DNA from: Deltaproteobacteria bacterium | Lineage (GTDB): Bacteria > Myxococcota > Kuafuiibacteriia > Kuafuiibacteriales > Kuafuiibacteriaceae | Length of the DNA: 64,000 nucleotides | Direction: 5' to 3' | NCBI GenBank assembly: GCA_040218735.1 | Contig: JAVJQW010000019.1 | Location: 224,001-288,000 of the forward strand | Shown: piece by piece, positions 41,004-50,023 of the stretch | How positions within the stretch are numbered: the first letter of the stretch is position 1 | Layout: every line of letters begins with the position of its first letter | Position numbers and translations under genes: made by a program | The notes under the pieces: generated by a model | Databases searched by the model: none | Told to the model about the DNA's origin: nothing | Seen by the model: only the letters and a program-made list of their open reading frames with translations

Positions 41004-42026
41004 ATGGCGAAGCTCCCCCGGTTGGTCTGGCTGATCCCTTCGGTTGCGTTCCTCGGTGTCACGACCTGGGCCTTCGCCGCGCTGAACCAGCCCGCGCCCA
41101 TGGCCGACTGGCCCGAACATGTCGTGGAGGAGGAGCCGCCGGTGATGCGACCGCCGGCGCCGGTCCGTGCTCCGCCGCGGCGCTCGCTGCTCGCCCAGGT
41201 TCGGCCAGCGCCCGCACCCGAGGTGTCCGCGCCGGTCGACCTCATGAACGCGTTGTCGCCGTCGCCCGAGCACACCGTCGCGTTCGTCGAGGTCGCGGCG
41301 TTGTGGCGCGCGCCGATCGGGCGTGCGTTCGAAGCTTGCCTTGCGCGGGAGTCGAAACGCGAGCAGTTCGAGATCACGACGATGGCCAACGCGGTCGAGC
41401 GCATCGCGACCGACGGGCGGGTGCTGGCGATCGAGGGCGACTTCACGTCCTCCGCGGTGCACGAGGTGCTGTTCGGCGACCGCGAGATGACGCCCTACGG
41501 CGACGGCACCGAGCTGTACGCCGGGCGCGGCGCGAAGGTCTCGGATCGACTCGTCGTCGTCGGCAAACACCACGGCAGCGACGTGCGCGGCGCCGTGGAT
41601 CGCGCGGAGGGCCGTGCTGCGACGGCGCCGCCGACGTTGGATCGGTACGGCGAGGTGTCGATGCAGCTCCCGCCCCGTGTGCTCGGTCGGGTGCTCGACG
41701 ACTTCGTCGACGTGGATCCGGAGGAGATCATCGCGGTCGAGCGGGCGACGCTCCACGTCGACGCGGTCGACGACGTCATCCTCACGCTCGAGCTCTTCGG
41801 CTCGGACCCCCACGCCCTCGCCGGCCTCCGCGACAGCCTCGGCCTCGCCGCTGCGGCGCTGCGCGGCGGAGGCGGGTTCACGTCCCCGAACGGCCCGCGC
41901 GTCGACGACGTGCAGGTCGCGCAGGAGGACGGGCGGCTGACGGTGATGGTGCAGATGAAGCCCGAGGAAGCGATCCGCATCATCCCGGACTGCCGTCGTG
42001 GCGCGCCGGAGGAGGTGATTCGGTAG
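41004..42026 (+). CDS. hypothetical membrane-anchored protein
   Basis: N-terminal TM, Pro-rich linker, host-like codon bias. Confidence 0.7.
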   Translation: MAKLPRLVWLIPSVAFLGVTTWAFAALNQPAPMADWPEHVVEEEPPVMRPPAPVRAPPRRSLLAQVRPAPAPEVSAPVDLMNALSPSPEHTVAFVEVAALWRAPIGRAFEACLARESKREQFEITTMANAVERIATDGRVLAIEGDFTSSAVHEVLFGDREMTPYGDGTELYAGRGAKVSDRLVVVGKHHGSDVRGAVDRAEGRAATAPPTLDRYGEVSMQLPPRVLGRVLDDFVDVDPEEIIAVERATLHVDAVDDVILTLELFGSDPHALAGLRDSLGLAAAALRGGGGFTSPNGPRVDDVQVAQEDGRLTVMVQMKPEEAIRIIPDCRRGAPEEVIR

Positions 42027-42045
42027 GGGGCTTAGCGGCCTCAGC

Positions 42046-42212
42046 CTAGAGGCCCTTCACGCAGCTCCGCTGCGCGGACCTGCTGGGCACAGCCGTCGTA
42101 CCGACCGCTCCGCGGTCGGCCTCCGTCTAGAGGCCCTTCACGCAGCTCCGCTGCGCGGACCTGCTGGGCACAGGCTTCGGACCGCTCGCATTCGCGAGCG
42201 GCCTCCGTCTAG
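42046..42212. repeat. tandem pair of ~81-bp CTAG-bounded double-hairpin repeats
   Basis: CTAG at 42046, 42127 and 42209; units share AGGCCCTTCACGCAGCTCCGCTGCGCGGACCTGCTGGGCACAG...GCCTCCGT. Confidence 0.9.
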
Positions 42213-44599
42213 AACTTCAGGCGGACTTCGTTGGAGCCGCGGCGGGGGATTTTCACGTTGATCTCCCGGTCGATGCCGGACTCGTCGTTCACCACGCGCA
42301 GCGTGTGGGCGCCGACGGGGAGGTTCGCTTCGACCGGGGTCGTGCCGAGGTGGCGGCCGCGGAAGTAGACGTTGGCCCAGCTCCCGAAGGGCGCCTGGAG
42401 GATGACCTTCCGGCGCGCCGGTGCCTGCGACTTGCCCTCTTCCAGCTTCACGTCGACGGACTGGATCGGCTTTTCGCCGGTCAGCGTGACGGTCTCTTCG
42501 AAGGTCTGGTGCCCGTCGAGCTCCACGACCACCTCGATGGGTTTGTCGAGCTCGAGGCCCTGCAGGTTCACCGTGCCGGTGCCGCGATCCTTGTCGTTCA
42601 CGATCACGGTCGCCTCCGGCGGCGACGGGCGGATCGTCAGCGAGCCACTCACCGCCTCCAGCTTTTCGTTGAGCTCGAGCGCGGCGCCTTCGGTCGGGTT
42701 GATCTCCCGCGTCACCTTCTTGAAGCCGTTGAGCTGCAGCTCGATTGTCAGCTTCTGGTTCGCGATGACGTTCACGATGACCGGCGTCGGATCCGGATGC
42801 GCCCGCCCGTTCACCGTCACCAGCGCGCCGGGGGGCTGCGTCGAGATCGCGAGCGGCACCTCGACGATCGCCGTCTCGCCGGGCCCCACCACGAGGAGCG
42901 CCGCGATGACGACGATCGCAGCAATCGCGAGCAGCCCGCCCGCGACGACGTTCATCTTCGACGCTCGACGCGGCGCGACGCCCCCGAGGTCGTTGCTCCC
43001 GAGCGGCACGACCAGCTGCTCGCTCTCCTGCATCGGCTGAGGCGGCGGCGAGTACGTCGGCGGCGGCGACACACTCTGGTTCGGCGGCGTGTACGGCGCG
43101 GGCGCCGGGCTCCCCGACGGCGGCGAGCTGCTCGGCGTGAACATCGGACGGCTCACGACCGGCGCGGGGATCGGATCCTCCTCCGGCATCGTGTTGATGT
43201 TGGAGTTGCTCGGGAGCGTCTGCGCGAACGGATCTTCGACGTCGTCGTCGTACCCGGCCACCGGCCCGTGCTCGATCGTCGGGTCGGCGGACTCGTACGT
43301 CGGCGGGAGCTCGGTCGGCGTGGTCGGGTCGCCGCTCGAAGCGTCGAACAGCCCGGACGGATCCCCGACCGGATCGTGCGTCGGCGGGAGCGTGTCGACG
43401 CCGGACGGACCCGCCGAGACGATCTGCGGCAGCCCTTTCACCGGCGTCATCTTCAGGACGGTCGGGGCGTCGAAGTCTTCGGAGTCCTCTTCGAGCGCCG
43501 CCTCGACGTCCGACGAGCGCAAGTCTTCTTGCGTCTCCAACAACCCCGACGATCCGTTCGGCGGGATCTGCTCGGCGGTCTGCGGATCCTCGACGCCCGG
43601 CAGGTTCAGGCTCTTCGGATCCGCCGCGGTCGGCGTGCGGTTCGCGCGCTCCGGGAACAGATCCGACAGCAGCTTCGTGACCGCGCTGTCACCCGCCGCC
43701 ATGTCCTTGCGCGCGTGGGTCAGCTCCATCGCGTACTCGGTGACGGCGTCGGCGAGCGCCTGGCCGGAGGCGTACCGTTCGTCCGGGTTCTTCGCGAGCG
43801 CCTTCAGACAGATCTCGTCCAGGCGCCGTGACACCGGCGCGCCGCGCTCCGACGGCGCCGGGACCTTCTTGCCCAGGACGTTCTCGATGGTCTCGACCGC
43901 CGACGGTCCCGCGAACGGGTTCTCGCCGACGAGCAGCTCGTAGAGCAGGACACCCACCGAGAAGACGTCCACCCGGGAGTCGACCTTCTCTTCCTTCAGA
44001 CGCTCGGGCGCCATGTAGGCGTACTTGCCTTTGACGATGCCGGCGGCGGTCTGGTGCAGGCGCTCCGCGGCGGTCGCGATCCCGAAGTCGGTGATCTTCA
44101 CCTCCCCTTCGAACGACAGCAGGACGTTCTGCGGAGAGATGTCGCGGTGGATGATGCCGAGTGGACGTCCGTCCGCCCCGGTGCGCGTGTGTGCGAAGTG
44201 CAGCCCCTTCGAGATCTCGGCGACGAGGTAGAGCGCCATCGGCGGCTCGATCCACCGGTTCTTCGAAGCGATGCGTTCGTAGAGGTCGTACAGGTTGACG
44301 CCGTGCACGAACTCCATCGCGATGAAGTAGGTGTCGCCGACTTTGTCGAGGTCGAAGACTTGGACGATGTTGCGGTGATGCAGGTGCATCGCGATCCGCG
44401 CCTCGTCGATGAACATCTTCACGAACTCTTCGTCGCGCGTGAAGTTGGCGTGGATCAGCTTCACCGCCACGAGGCGTTGGAAGCCCATCGCCCCGACGGC
44501 CTTCGCCAGGAACACCTCCGCCATACCGCCCGATGCAATGCGGTTGATGACTTGGTAGCGACCGAGCGTTGGGAACTCTTCGGCTTGCGTCGAGGTCAT
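42209..44599 (-). CDS. Hanks-type Ser/Thr protein kinase with TM and PEGA domains
   Basis: IASGGMAEVF, VAVK, HRDISPQNVL, DFG, YMAPE, DVFSVG; TM; ISTQPPGA/IRPSPPEA PEGA; start MTSTQAEE. Confidence 0.95.
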   Translation of the reverse strand: MTSTQAEEFPTLGRYQVINRIASGGMAEVFLAKAVGAMGFQRLVAVKLIHANFTRDEEFVKMFIDEARIAMHLHHRNIVQVFDLDKVGDTYFIAMEFVHGVNLYDLYERIASKNRWIEPPMALYLVAEISKGLHFAHTRTGADGRPLGIIHRDISPQNVLLSFEGEVKITDFGIATAAERLHQTAAGIVKGKYAYMAPERLKEEKVDSRVDVFSVGVLLYELLVGENPFAGPSAVETIENVLGKKVPAPSERGAPVSRRLDEICLKALAKNPDERYASGQALADAVTEYAMELTHARKDMAAGDSAVTKLLSDLFPERANRTPTAADPKSLNLPGVEDPQTAEQIPPNGSSGLLETQEDLRSSDVEAALEEDSEDFDAPTVLKMTPVKGLPQIVSAGPSGVDTLPPTHDPVGDPSGLFDASSGDPTTPTELPPTYESADPTIEHGPVAGYDDDVEDPFAQTLPSNSNINTMPEEDPIPAPVVSRPMFTPSSSPPSGSPAPAPYTPPNQSVSPPPTYSPPPQPMQESEQLVVPLGSNDLGGVAPRRASKMNVVAGGLLAIAAIVVIAALLVVGPGETAIVEVPLAISTQPPGALVTVNGRAHPDPTPVIVNVIANQKLTIELQLNGFKKVTREINPTEGAALELNEKLEAVSGSLTIRPSPPEATVIVNDKDRGTGTVNLQGLELDKPIEVVVELDGHQTFEETVTLTGEKPIQSVDVKLEEGKSQAPARRKVILQAPFGSWANVYFRGRHLGTTPVEANLPVGAHTLRVVNDESGIDREINVKIPRRGSNEVRLKF

Positions 44600-44794
44600 C
44601 TTGGCCCTTGGGCGTTGGTCCCCGGGAACCCCAGGGCGTCGAATCGTAGAACGCCCCTTGGCCCGTCGCAAGGCGGGCCGTCCGGACCTCCTCGATGGGC
44701 GGGTGCGCTCCACGGCGATCGGGCTTACGCCGGGTGCCTCCGATTCCTGACGCGTTTTGCGCCGATTTCCCCTGAGCGGTATCTGTGAAGCGGG

Positions 44795-46339
44795 ATGTGG
44801 AGCGTCGTCGGCTGGATTCTCGCGGTCCTCGGGACGATCGCGCTCTTCGGGCTGTTCCTCGTCCTGTTCGTCCTGCTCGCGAACGACGCGCGCCTCAAGC
44901 TGCGTCGCTTCGTCCGCCGGCGTCTCTCGAAGGAGCAGCGGCGCCTCGTCGACAAGTTCTCGGTCCGCACGCAGCCGTTCAAGCTGGAGAAGAAGCGCAC
45001 GGTCCGTGAGCGCCTCCTCGCCGACCCGCAGCTGCTGCAGGATCTCGAGGCGTATGCCGACCGCGAGGGCGAAGCGCTCGAGACGGTGTTGGAGCGGGTC
45101 GTCGATTACGCGGACGAGATCATCCCGTTCTTCAACGTCGTGTCGTACTACCGCGTCGGGTACACGGTCGCGGCGATCGCGATGCGCGCGATGTACCGCG
45201 TCGACGTCGACGCGGAGGAGGTCGCACGAACGCGCGCGTTCCTCGACGAGTCCGACGAAGCGGGACGCGCCGTCGTCTTCGTGATGAACCACCGCAGCAA
45301 CGCGGACTTCGTGTTGGTGGCGTACGTGCTCGCGCGCGCGATCGCGTTGTCGTACGCGGTCGGTGAGTGGGCGCGGGTCTGGCCGCTGGAGTGGTTGTTC
45401 AAGAGCTTCGGCAGCTACTTCGTGCGGCGCGGGTGTCGCGATCCGGCGTATCACCTCACGCTGCGGCGCTACCTGCAGCTCATCACGGAGGAGGGCGTCA
45501 CGCAGGGCATCTTCATCGAGGGTGGGTTGTCGCGTGACGGGCTGTTGCGTCCGGCGAAGAACGGGCTGCTCGATTCGTTGTCGACGCTGCCCGAACGCGA
45601 CGGCGCACCGAAGGAGGTGTGGTTCGTGCCGGTGGGCATCAACTACGACCGCGTCGTCGAGGACGAGGTGCTCACGTCGAAGCTCGAGGAGGCGGGCGGC
45701 CTCGGGAGCGGGTGGACGTACTACGCGCGCGCGATGTCGCGGATCGGGCGGTACTTCTTCACGAACATCCCGCGCTACGTGCTGCGGCGGGTACGGCGCT
45801 TCGGGTACGCGGCGGTGCGGATCGGGAAGCCGTTGCCGATGACGGAGCTGTTCGACGGGCCGATCGCCCAGCTCGTGCCGATGACCCGCGAGGAGCGCAA
45901 ACCTTCGGTGCAGCTCGCGGCGGATCGGCTGCTGAATCGAATCGCGGAAGTGGTGCCGGTGACGCCGGTGGGGTTGGTCGCGGCGTCGATCCTGTTCTTC
46001 GGCGAGGACGAGGGCGAGGACTTCCACGTCACCGAGACCGAGCTCCGCGCGCGGATGCAGCGGCTGACGGACCAGCTCTCGGCGCTCGGCGCGCCGGTCC
46101 TCGGGGTGAAGCGTGGGCTGGATTGGCAGCAGCGCGTGGGGCTGACGATCCTCGAGACCCGCGGTCACCTGCGCCGCGCCGGTGACGTCATCGCGACGCG
46201 CGCGGCGACGCGCCACCTGGTCCGCTACTACGCCAACGGCGTGCGCCATCACCTGGAGCGCGTCGAGGGCACGACGGACGCCTTGGCCCTCGCGGACCGG
46301 GCGGAACGAACCGTCGAGCTGCGCGATTTGGATATCTGA
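44795..46339 (+). CDS. glycerol-3-phosphate/lysophospholipid acyltransferase (PlsB-like)
   Basis: NHRSNAD (HX4D), FVRR, FIEGGLSRDG, VPVGINYDRVVE. Confidence 0.9.
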   Translation: MWSVVGWILAVLGTIALFGLFLVLFVLLANDARLKLRRFVRRRLSKEQRRLVDKFSVRTQPFKLEKKRTVRERLLADPQLLQDLEAYADREGEALETVLERVVDYADEIIPFFNVVSYYRVGYTVAAIAMRAMYRVDVDAEEVARTRAFLDESDEAGRAVVFVMNHRSNADFVLVAYVLARAIALSYAVGEWARVWPLEWLFKSFGSYFVRRGCRDPAYHLTLRRYLQLITEEGVTQGIFIEGGLSRDGLLRPAKNGLLDSLSTLPERDGAPKEVWFVPVGINYDRVVEDEVLTSKLEEAGGLGSGWTYYARAMSRIGRYFFTNIPRYVLRRVRRFGYAAVRIGKPLPMTELFDGPIAQLVPMTREERKPSVQLAADRLLNRIAEVVPVTPVGLVAASILFFGEDEGEDFHVTETELRARMQRLTDQLSALGAPVLGVKRGLDWQQRVGLTILETRGHLRRAGDVIATRAATRHLVRYYANGVRHHLERVEGTTDALALADRAERTVELRDLDI

Positions 46340-46435
46340 GGGGCCGGTCGCGAATGGGCGTCGAGCGTCGCGTACCGTCCGCCCTGTGACCCCCGGCATT
46401 GGCGGTATGCGCGCACCGTGCTACCGCCGAAGACG

Positions 46436-47815
46436 ATGCGGGCGCTGCTGGGTACTTTGCTGTCGGTTACGTTCGTCGCGGGCTGTTACACGTCGATGTC
46501 GTCGTCGCCGCCCCCGCCGCCGTCGTCTCCGCCTCCGCCTCCGCCGCCTCCGATGGCGGACTCGCAGCCGCCGCCTCCGCCGATGCCGACCGACATCATC
46601 GCGGTGTCCGCGGTGCGTGCGGTCGAGACGGAACGTGTCCCGTCGACGACGATCAACGAGCTGTCGCGTCAGCTGGTCCGGGAGCTCGGGCCGGCGGTGC
46701 AGGAGCTGGAGATCGGACAGGAGGGCGGGTGCACGCGCGAGACGTGTCGGCTCGACGCGGCGACGGCGCAGGGCGCCACGCACCTGCTGCACACGCGCCT
46801 CGTCCAGTACGAGGCGGACTGCATCGTGCTGAGCGCGCTGTACGACGTCGCGACGCGCAAGAGCCAGTGGGGCTTCGTGCGGGAGCTGGCGTGTGACGCG
46901 GTGGGGCTGCAGCAGGCGGTGTCGGATCTGACCGCGTCGTTCGCGGGCCGGCAGATCTACGGGCCGGACGATCGCCGCACGATGTTCGCGGTGGCCCCGG
47001 TGCAGCACAAGATCAAGGACCTCGATTGGGCGTCGGAGAGCTTCGGCGAGTACATGACGACGCTGATGGCGGAGGTCGGTTACGCGATGACGCCGGCGTC
47101 GTTGGTCGCGCAGCCGCTGGTCGACGGTGGCCAGAACCCGCACCGCGACTGCCGTCGGAAGAAGTGCACGTTCGGCTTGGGGCACAACGTCCTGGCGCCG
47201 CGGGTGTTGGCGACGGAGATGCGGAAGCGCCGGCGGCGCTGCTCCGTACAGACGTCGATCTGGGACGTCGGCACCGAGACGAGCACCAAGAGCGGCAAGG
47301 CCCGCGGTGGCTGCGAGGCGCAGGACGTCCAGGGGATGCTGCGCCAGATCGTCGAGAAGATCGCCGACCGCCCGGCCGCCCCGGCGCCGATGGCGAAGGA
47401 CGCCGGCATGATCGACTCCGGCATGGACGACGGCGGCATGGACTCCGGCGGCGGCATGGACTCCGGCGGAACGGATTCGTCTGGCGCAAACGGCGGCGGC
47501 GGTGCCTGGGGCTCGGACACGGGCTCCGGCGGCGGCGCGGGCTCCAGCGGCGGCGCGGGCTCCAGCGGCGGCGGCAATTCCGGCGGCGCGATGGACTCCG
47601 GCGGCTCGGGCGGCGCAGGCTCCGGCGGTGGCGCGGGCTCCGGCGGTGGCGCGGGTTCCGGCGGTGGCGCGGGCTCCGGCGGTGGCGCCGCAGAGGACGA
47701 CGATCTCCAGGACGACGACTTCGGCGGCTCGGGCGAGCTCCCGGCCGATCCAGCCCCCGACCCCGAAGCCCCGAGCGACGACCCCGAAGACGACGACCTC
47801 AAAGACGACCTCTAG
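46436..47815 (+). CDS. lipoprotein with two Cys-containing DUF2380/CsgG-like domains and Gly/Ser and acidic tail
   Basis: FVAGC lipobox; poly-Pro; GCTRETC and DCRRKKC; GSGGGA repeats. Confidence 0.75.
   Translation: MRALLGTLLSVTFVAGCYTSMSSSPPPPPSSPPPPPPPPMADSQPPPPPMPTDIIAVSAVRAVETERVPSTTINELSRQLVRELGPAVQELEIGQEGGCTRETCRLDAATAQGATHLLHTRLVQYEADCIVLSALYDVATRKSQWGFVRELACDAVGLQQAVSDLTASFAGRQIYGPDDRRTMFAVAPVQHKIKDLDWASESFGEYMTTLMAEVGYAMTPASLVAQPLVDGGQNPHRDCRRKKCTFGLGHNVLAPRVLATEMRKRRRRCSVQTSIWDVGTETSTKSGKARGGCEAQDVQGMLRQIVEKIADRPAAPAPMAKDAGMIDSGMDDGGMDSGGGMDSGGTDSSGANGGGGAWGSDTGSGGGAGSSGGAGSSGGGNSGGAMDSGGSGGAGSGGGAGSGGGAGSGGGAGSGGGAAEDDDLQDDDFGGSGELPADPAPDPEAPSDDPEDDDLKDDL
47618..47690. repeat. 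18-bp coding tandem repeat (GSGGGA) x4
   Basis: GGCTCCGGCGGTGGCGCG units. Confidence 0.75.
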
Positions 47816-47822
47816 GATTTGG

Positions 47823-48007
47823 TTTTCGGCGTCGGCCGGGGACGCTCTTCCGGTCAGAAGCCCGTTCGTCTCGCCGGGTGGGGCGGCCCCTCGGCTTCGC
47901 TGTTTGCCGCGGCAGGCGAGCCGAACTGATTCCCTGCCTTACGCTCCCCTACTCGCGTTCCCTGATCCGAGCGACGGCTCGATCGCGATCGCGTGCGGCC
48001 TGAAGTC
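47823..48007 (+). repeat. third, internally deleted copy of the 38572-39466 element
   Basis: GGCGTCGGCCGGGGACGCTCT...GGCGAGCCGAACTGATTCCCT followed by CTCGATCGCGATC...GAAGTC. Confidence 0.8.
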
Positions 48008-48164
48008 TCACAGGTCGTGGGCTTCCGCGTCCATGCGTTCATGCATGGAACCGCTTCCGTTCTGGGCGTCGACGGTGCAGCTGCAGCGGTCTATCAATAG
48101 GCCCAGGAGAACGAAGCAAGTGCAGCAGACGACCCAGAACGACACCTCCACCACGCTGCGGGCC

Positions 48165-48434
48165 ATGCGTGTCCGCATTCTCGGAGGCACGGAGGAGCCC
48201 TCCGTCCCCAAGGCCGCACAACGTTGGCGCCTCAACCGCAACACCGTTACTTCCGTCATCACGCTCCTCGTGGCCGCCGTGTTCGCGGTCGGCGCGACGA
48301 CCGCGCTCGCCGCGTCGGGACGCAACGCCGAGAAGGAGACGATCGAGCTCGTCCGCGAGCATCAGCCGAAGCTCGAGCGCAAGGACCGCTGGGAGCGCAA
48401 GGCCATCGACCTCGACTTCATGTGGCGCCGCTGA
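48165..48434 (+). CDS. small single-TM hypothetical protein
   Basis: TM VITLLVAAVFAVGA; start may instead be GTG at 48120. Confidence 0.6.
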   Translation: MRVRILGGTEEPSVPKAAQRWRLNRNTVTSVITLLVAAVFAVGATTALAASGRNAEKETIELVREHQPKLERKDRWERKAIDLDFMWRR

Positions 48435-48461
48435 GCCTCCGTCCGACGAACGGCGCAGCGC

Positions 48462-49049
48462 TCAACCCGCGAAATCGACCCGGCAGTGCTCACCCTGGGC
48501 GTCGCAGGTCACGATGGTCGAGGACTCCGTCTCGCCTTCGACCTCGTTGAACAGGAGCGTCCAGGCCTCCCCGGACGAGAGGATCTCCATCCGGGCCGCG
48601 CCCCTCTGACCGCGGACGGCGCGTTTCATCTCGTCCACGATCAAGGCGAGTCCACCCTCCAGGAGGAACGCCTCCATGGGCGCCGGTAGATCGATCTTCT
48701 TCTTGTCGGCCCGCTCGAGCTTCGCGAGCTTCTGCGCGCACCGAACCTCCTGCTTCGGGAGCACCACCTTCGCATCGGTCGGCCGGTACCAAACGCACTT
48801 CTCGTGCGCGCGCGTGAAGAACCGTGCGAGCACCTTGGCTTCGAACCGGTGTCCGCGGGCTGCGTAGGGCGTGTTGCGGAGCAAGCGCAGCACGAGCGGG
48901 AGCCGATCCTCCACCTTCTGCAGCCGGCAGCCGCCCTCGACGAGCTCGCGCCACAAGGTCACCACCTCGGACTCACAGGGTTGTGATGTCCACGAGGCGG
49001 GCGGGGCCTGGACCGTCATCAGCGTCACGATCAGCGCAGCGCCCAACAT
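48462..49049 (-). CDS. secreted YARHG-domain protein
   Basis: LRLLRNTPYAARGHRF...FF...WYRP. Confidence 0.8.
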   Translation of the reverse strand: MLGAALIVTLMTVQAPPASWTSQPCESEVVTLWRELVEGGCRLQKVEDRLPLVLRLLRNTPYAARGHRFEAKVLARFFTRAHEKCVWYRPTDAKVVLPKQEVRCAQKLAKLERADKKKIDLPAPMEAFLLEGGLALIVDEMKRAVRGQRGAARMEILSSGEAWTLLFNEVEGETESSTIVTCDAQGEHCRVDFAG

Positions 49050-49157
49050 CGTCGTTTCATCATAGCTCGAGGGTGTCGGACCGCCGATGTGTCGCGCTGG
49101 CCCATGACCGCGTCGATTGGGAGGTCTGTCCTGAGGTCCGCCCGCCGCCGCGGCGGG

Positions 49158-49892
49158 TCAGTCCAGCAGGAGGAAGAGCGCGGCGCTGGCTGCGGCGCCG
49201 CCGACGACGGCCCAGGAGACGTTGGCGCCCACCGCCGTGGGGCCCGGGTCGACGGAGGGATCCGTGTTCGAGGCGCGTGAGATGGTCATGGCACCCAACG
49301 CGGTCCCCGTCGCCGCGGCGGTCACCGCGACACCCGAGCTCACCCAGAACCCGAGTGGGAGGCCCTCGTTCTCGGCGATGGCGATCGGCGCGAGGTGTTC
49401 GGCGACGCCGCCCGCGATCTCCTGCACGGCGGCGAGGACTTCTTCGGCCTCGGGCGCGACGTCGCGGACGTCACGAAAGAGGACGTCGAAGCTCTCTGCT
49501 CGATAGACCTTGATACCCAAACTCAGACGTTCGCCGAGCGGGTCGAGTCGGCCGGTAATCATGAAGTCCGGACTCCCGAAGGCCCCGAACAGCTCCGCCG
49601 CGCACGTGTCATCCGTGCCCTCGCACTCGACGGTGCTCTGGGCGAGCTGCATCCGAACGGCATCTTCGAGATCGTAGACGCCGATGAGTTTCCACCCCGC
49701 AGTGCTCCGCTCGGGGCGCTCGAGCTCCGAGGACAGCGCGAGGATGAAGCGGTCCTCGATCGCCGCCTCGGTCATGGAAGCCTGGGACTTTGCGACCTTC
49801 AGCGCCACACCCACCGTCTGACCCGGCACCGCGGGGGCCGGAGGGGGCGCCGCTTGAGCGGCGAACAAGGCGACGACGAGCGCCAACTGCAT
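49158..49892 (-). CDS. secreted/membrane hypothetical protein (DUF2380/TolB-N-like)
   Basis: Signal peptide; CEGTDDTCAAELFGAFG...ITGRLD; C-terminal hydrophobic helices. Confidence 0.7.
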   Translation of the reverse strand: MQLALVVALFAAQAAPPPAPAVPGQTVGVALKVAKSQASMTEAAIEDRFILALSSELERPERSTAGWKLIGVYDLEDAVRMQLAQSTVECEGTDDTCAAELFGAFGSPDFMITGRLDPLGERLSLGIKVYRAESFDVLFRDVRDVAPEAEEVLAAVQEIAGGVAEHLAPIAIAENEGLPLGFWVSSGVAVTAAATGTALGAMTISRASNTDPSVDPGPTAVGANVSWAVVGGAAASAALFLLLD

Positions 49893-50023
49893 GGGTTGGA
49901 TTCTGCGACGTCCTGGAGCAACCCACAACGTCGCGAGCGTCCCCGTCCGAACGGATCGATGTCGGCTACCGCGTGCGGCGCATGTGACTGTGGAGCGGGT
50001 CGTAGATTGAGTAAGCTGCCGTC

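Noticed and set aside
42046-42212. Possible mini-CRISPR array
   Set aside because: Units are similar along nearly their whole length with no unique spacers, and no cas genes are in the window.
44660-44679. GCAA-tetraloop hairpin between divergent genes
   Set aside because: A single GC-rich hairpin with no U-tract and no second copy; no function can be assigned.
44600-46399. Apparent 600-aa N-terminal extension of the Ser/Thr kinase
   Set aside because: Antisense to the acyltransferase; the kinase starts at 44599.
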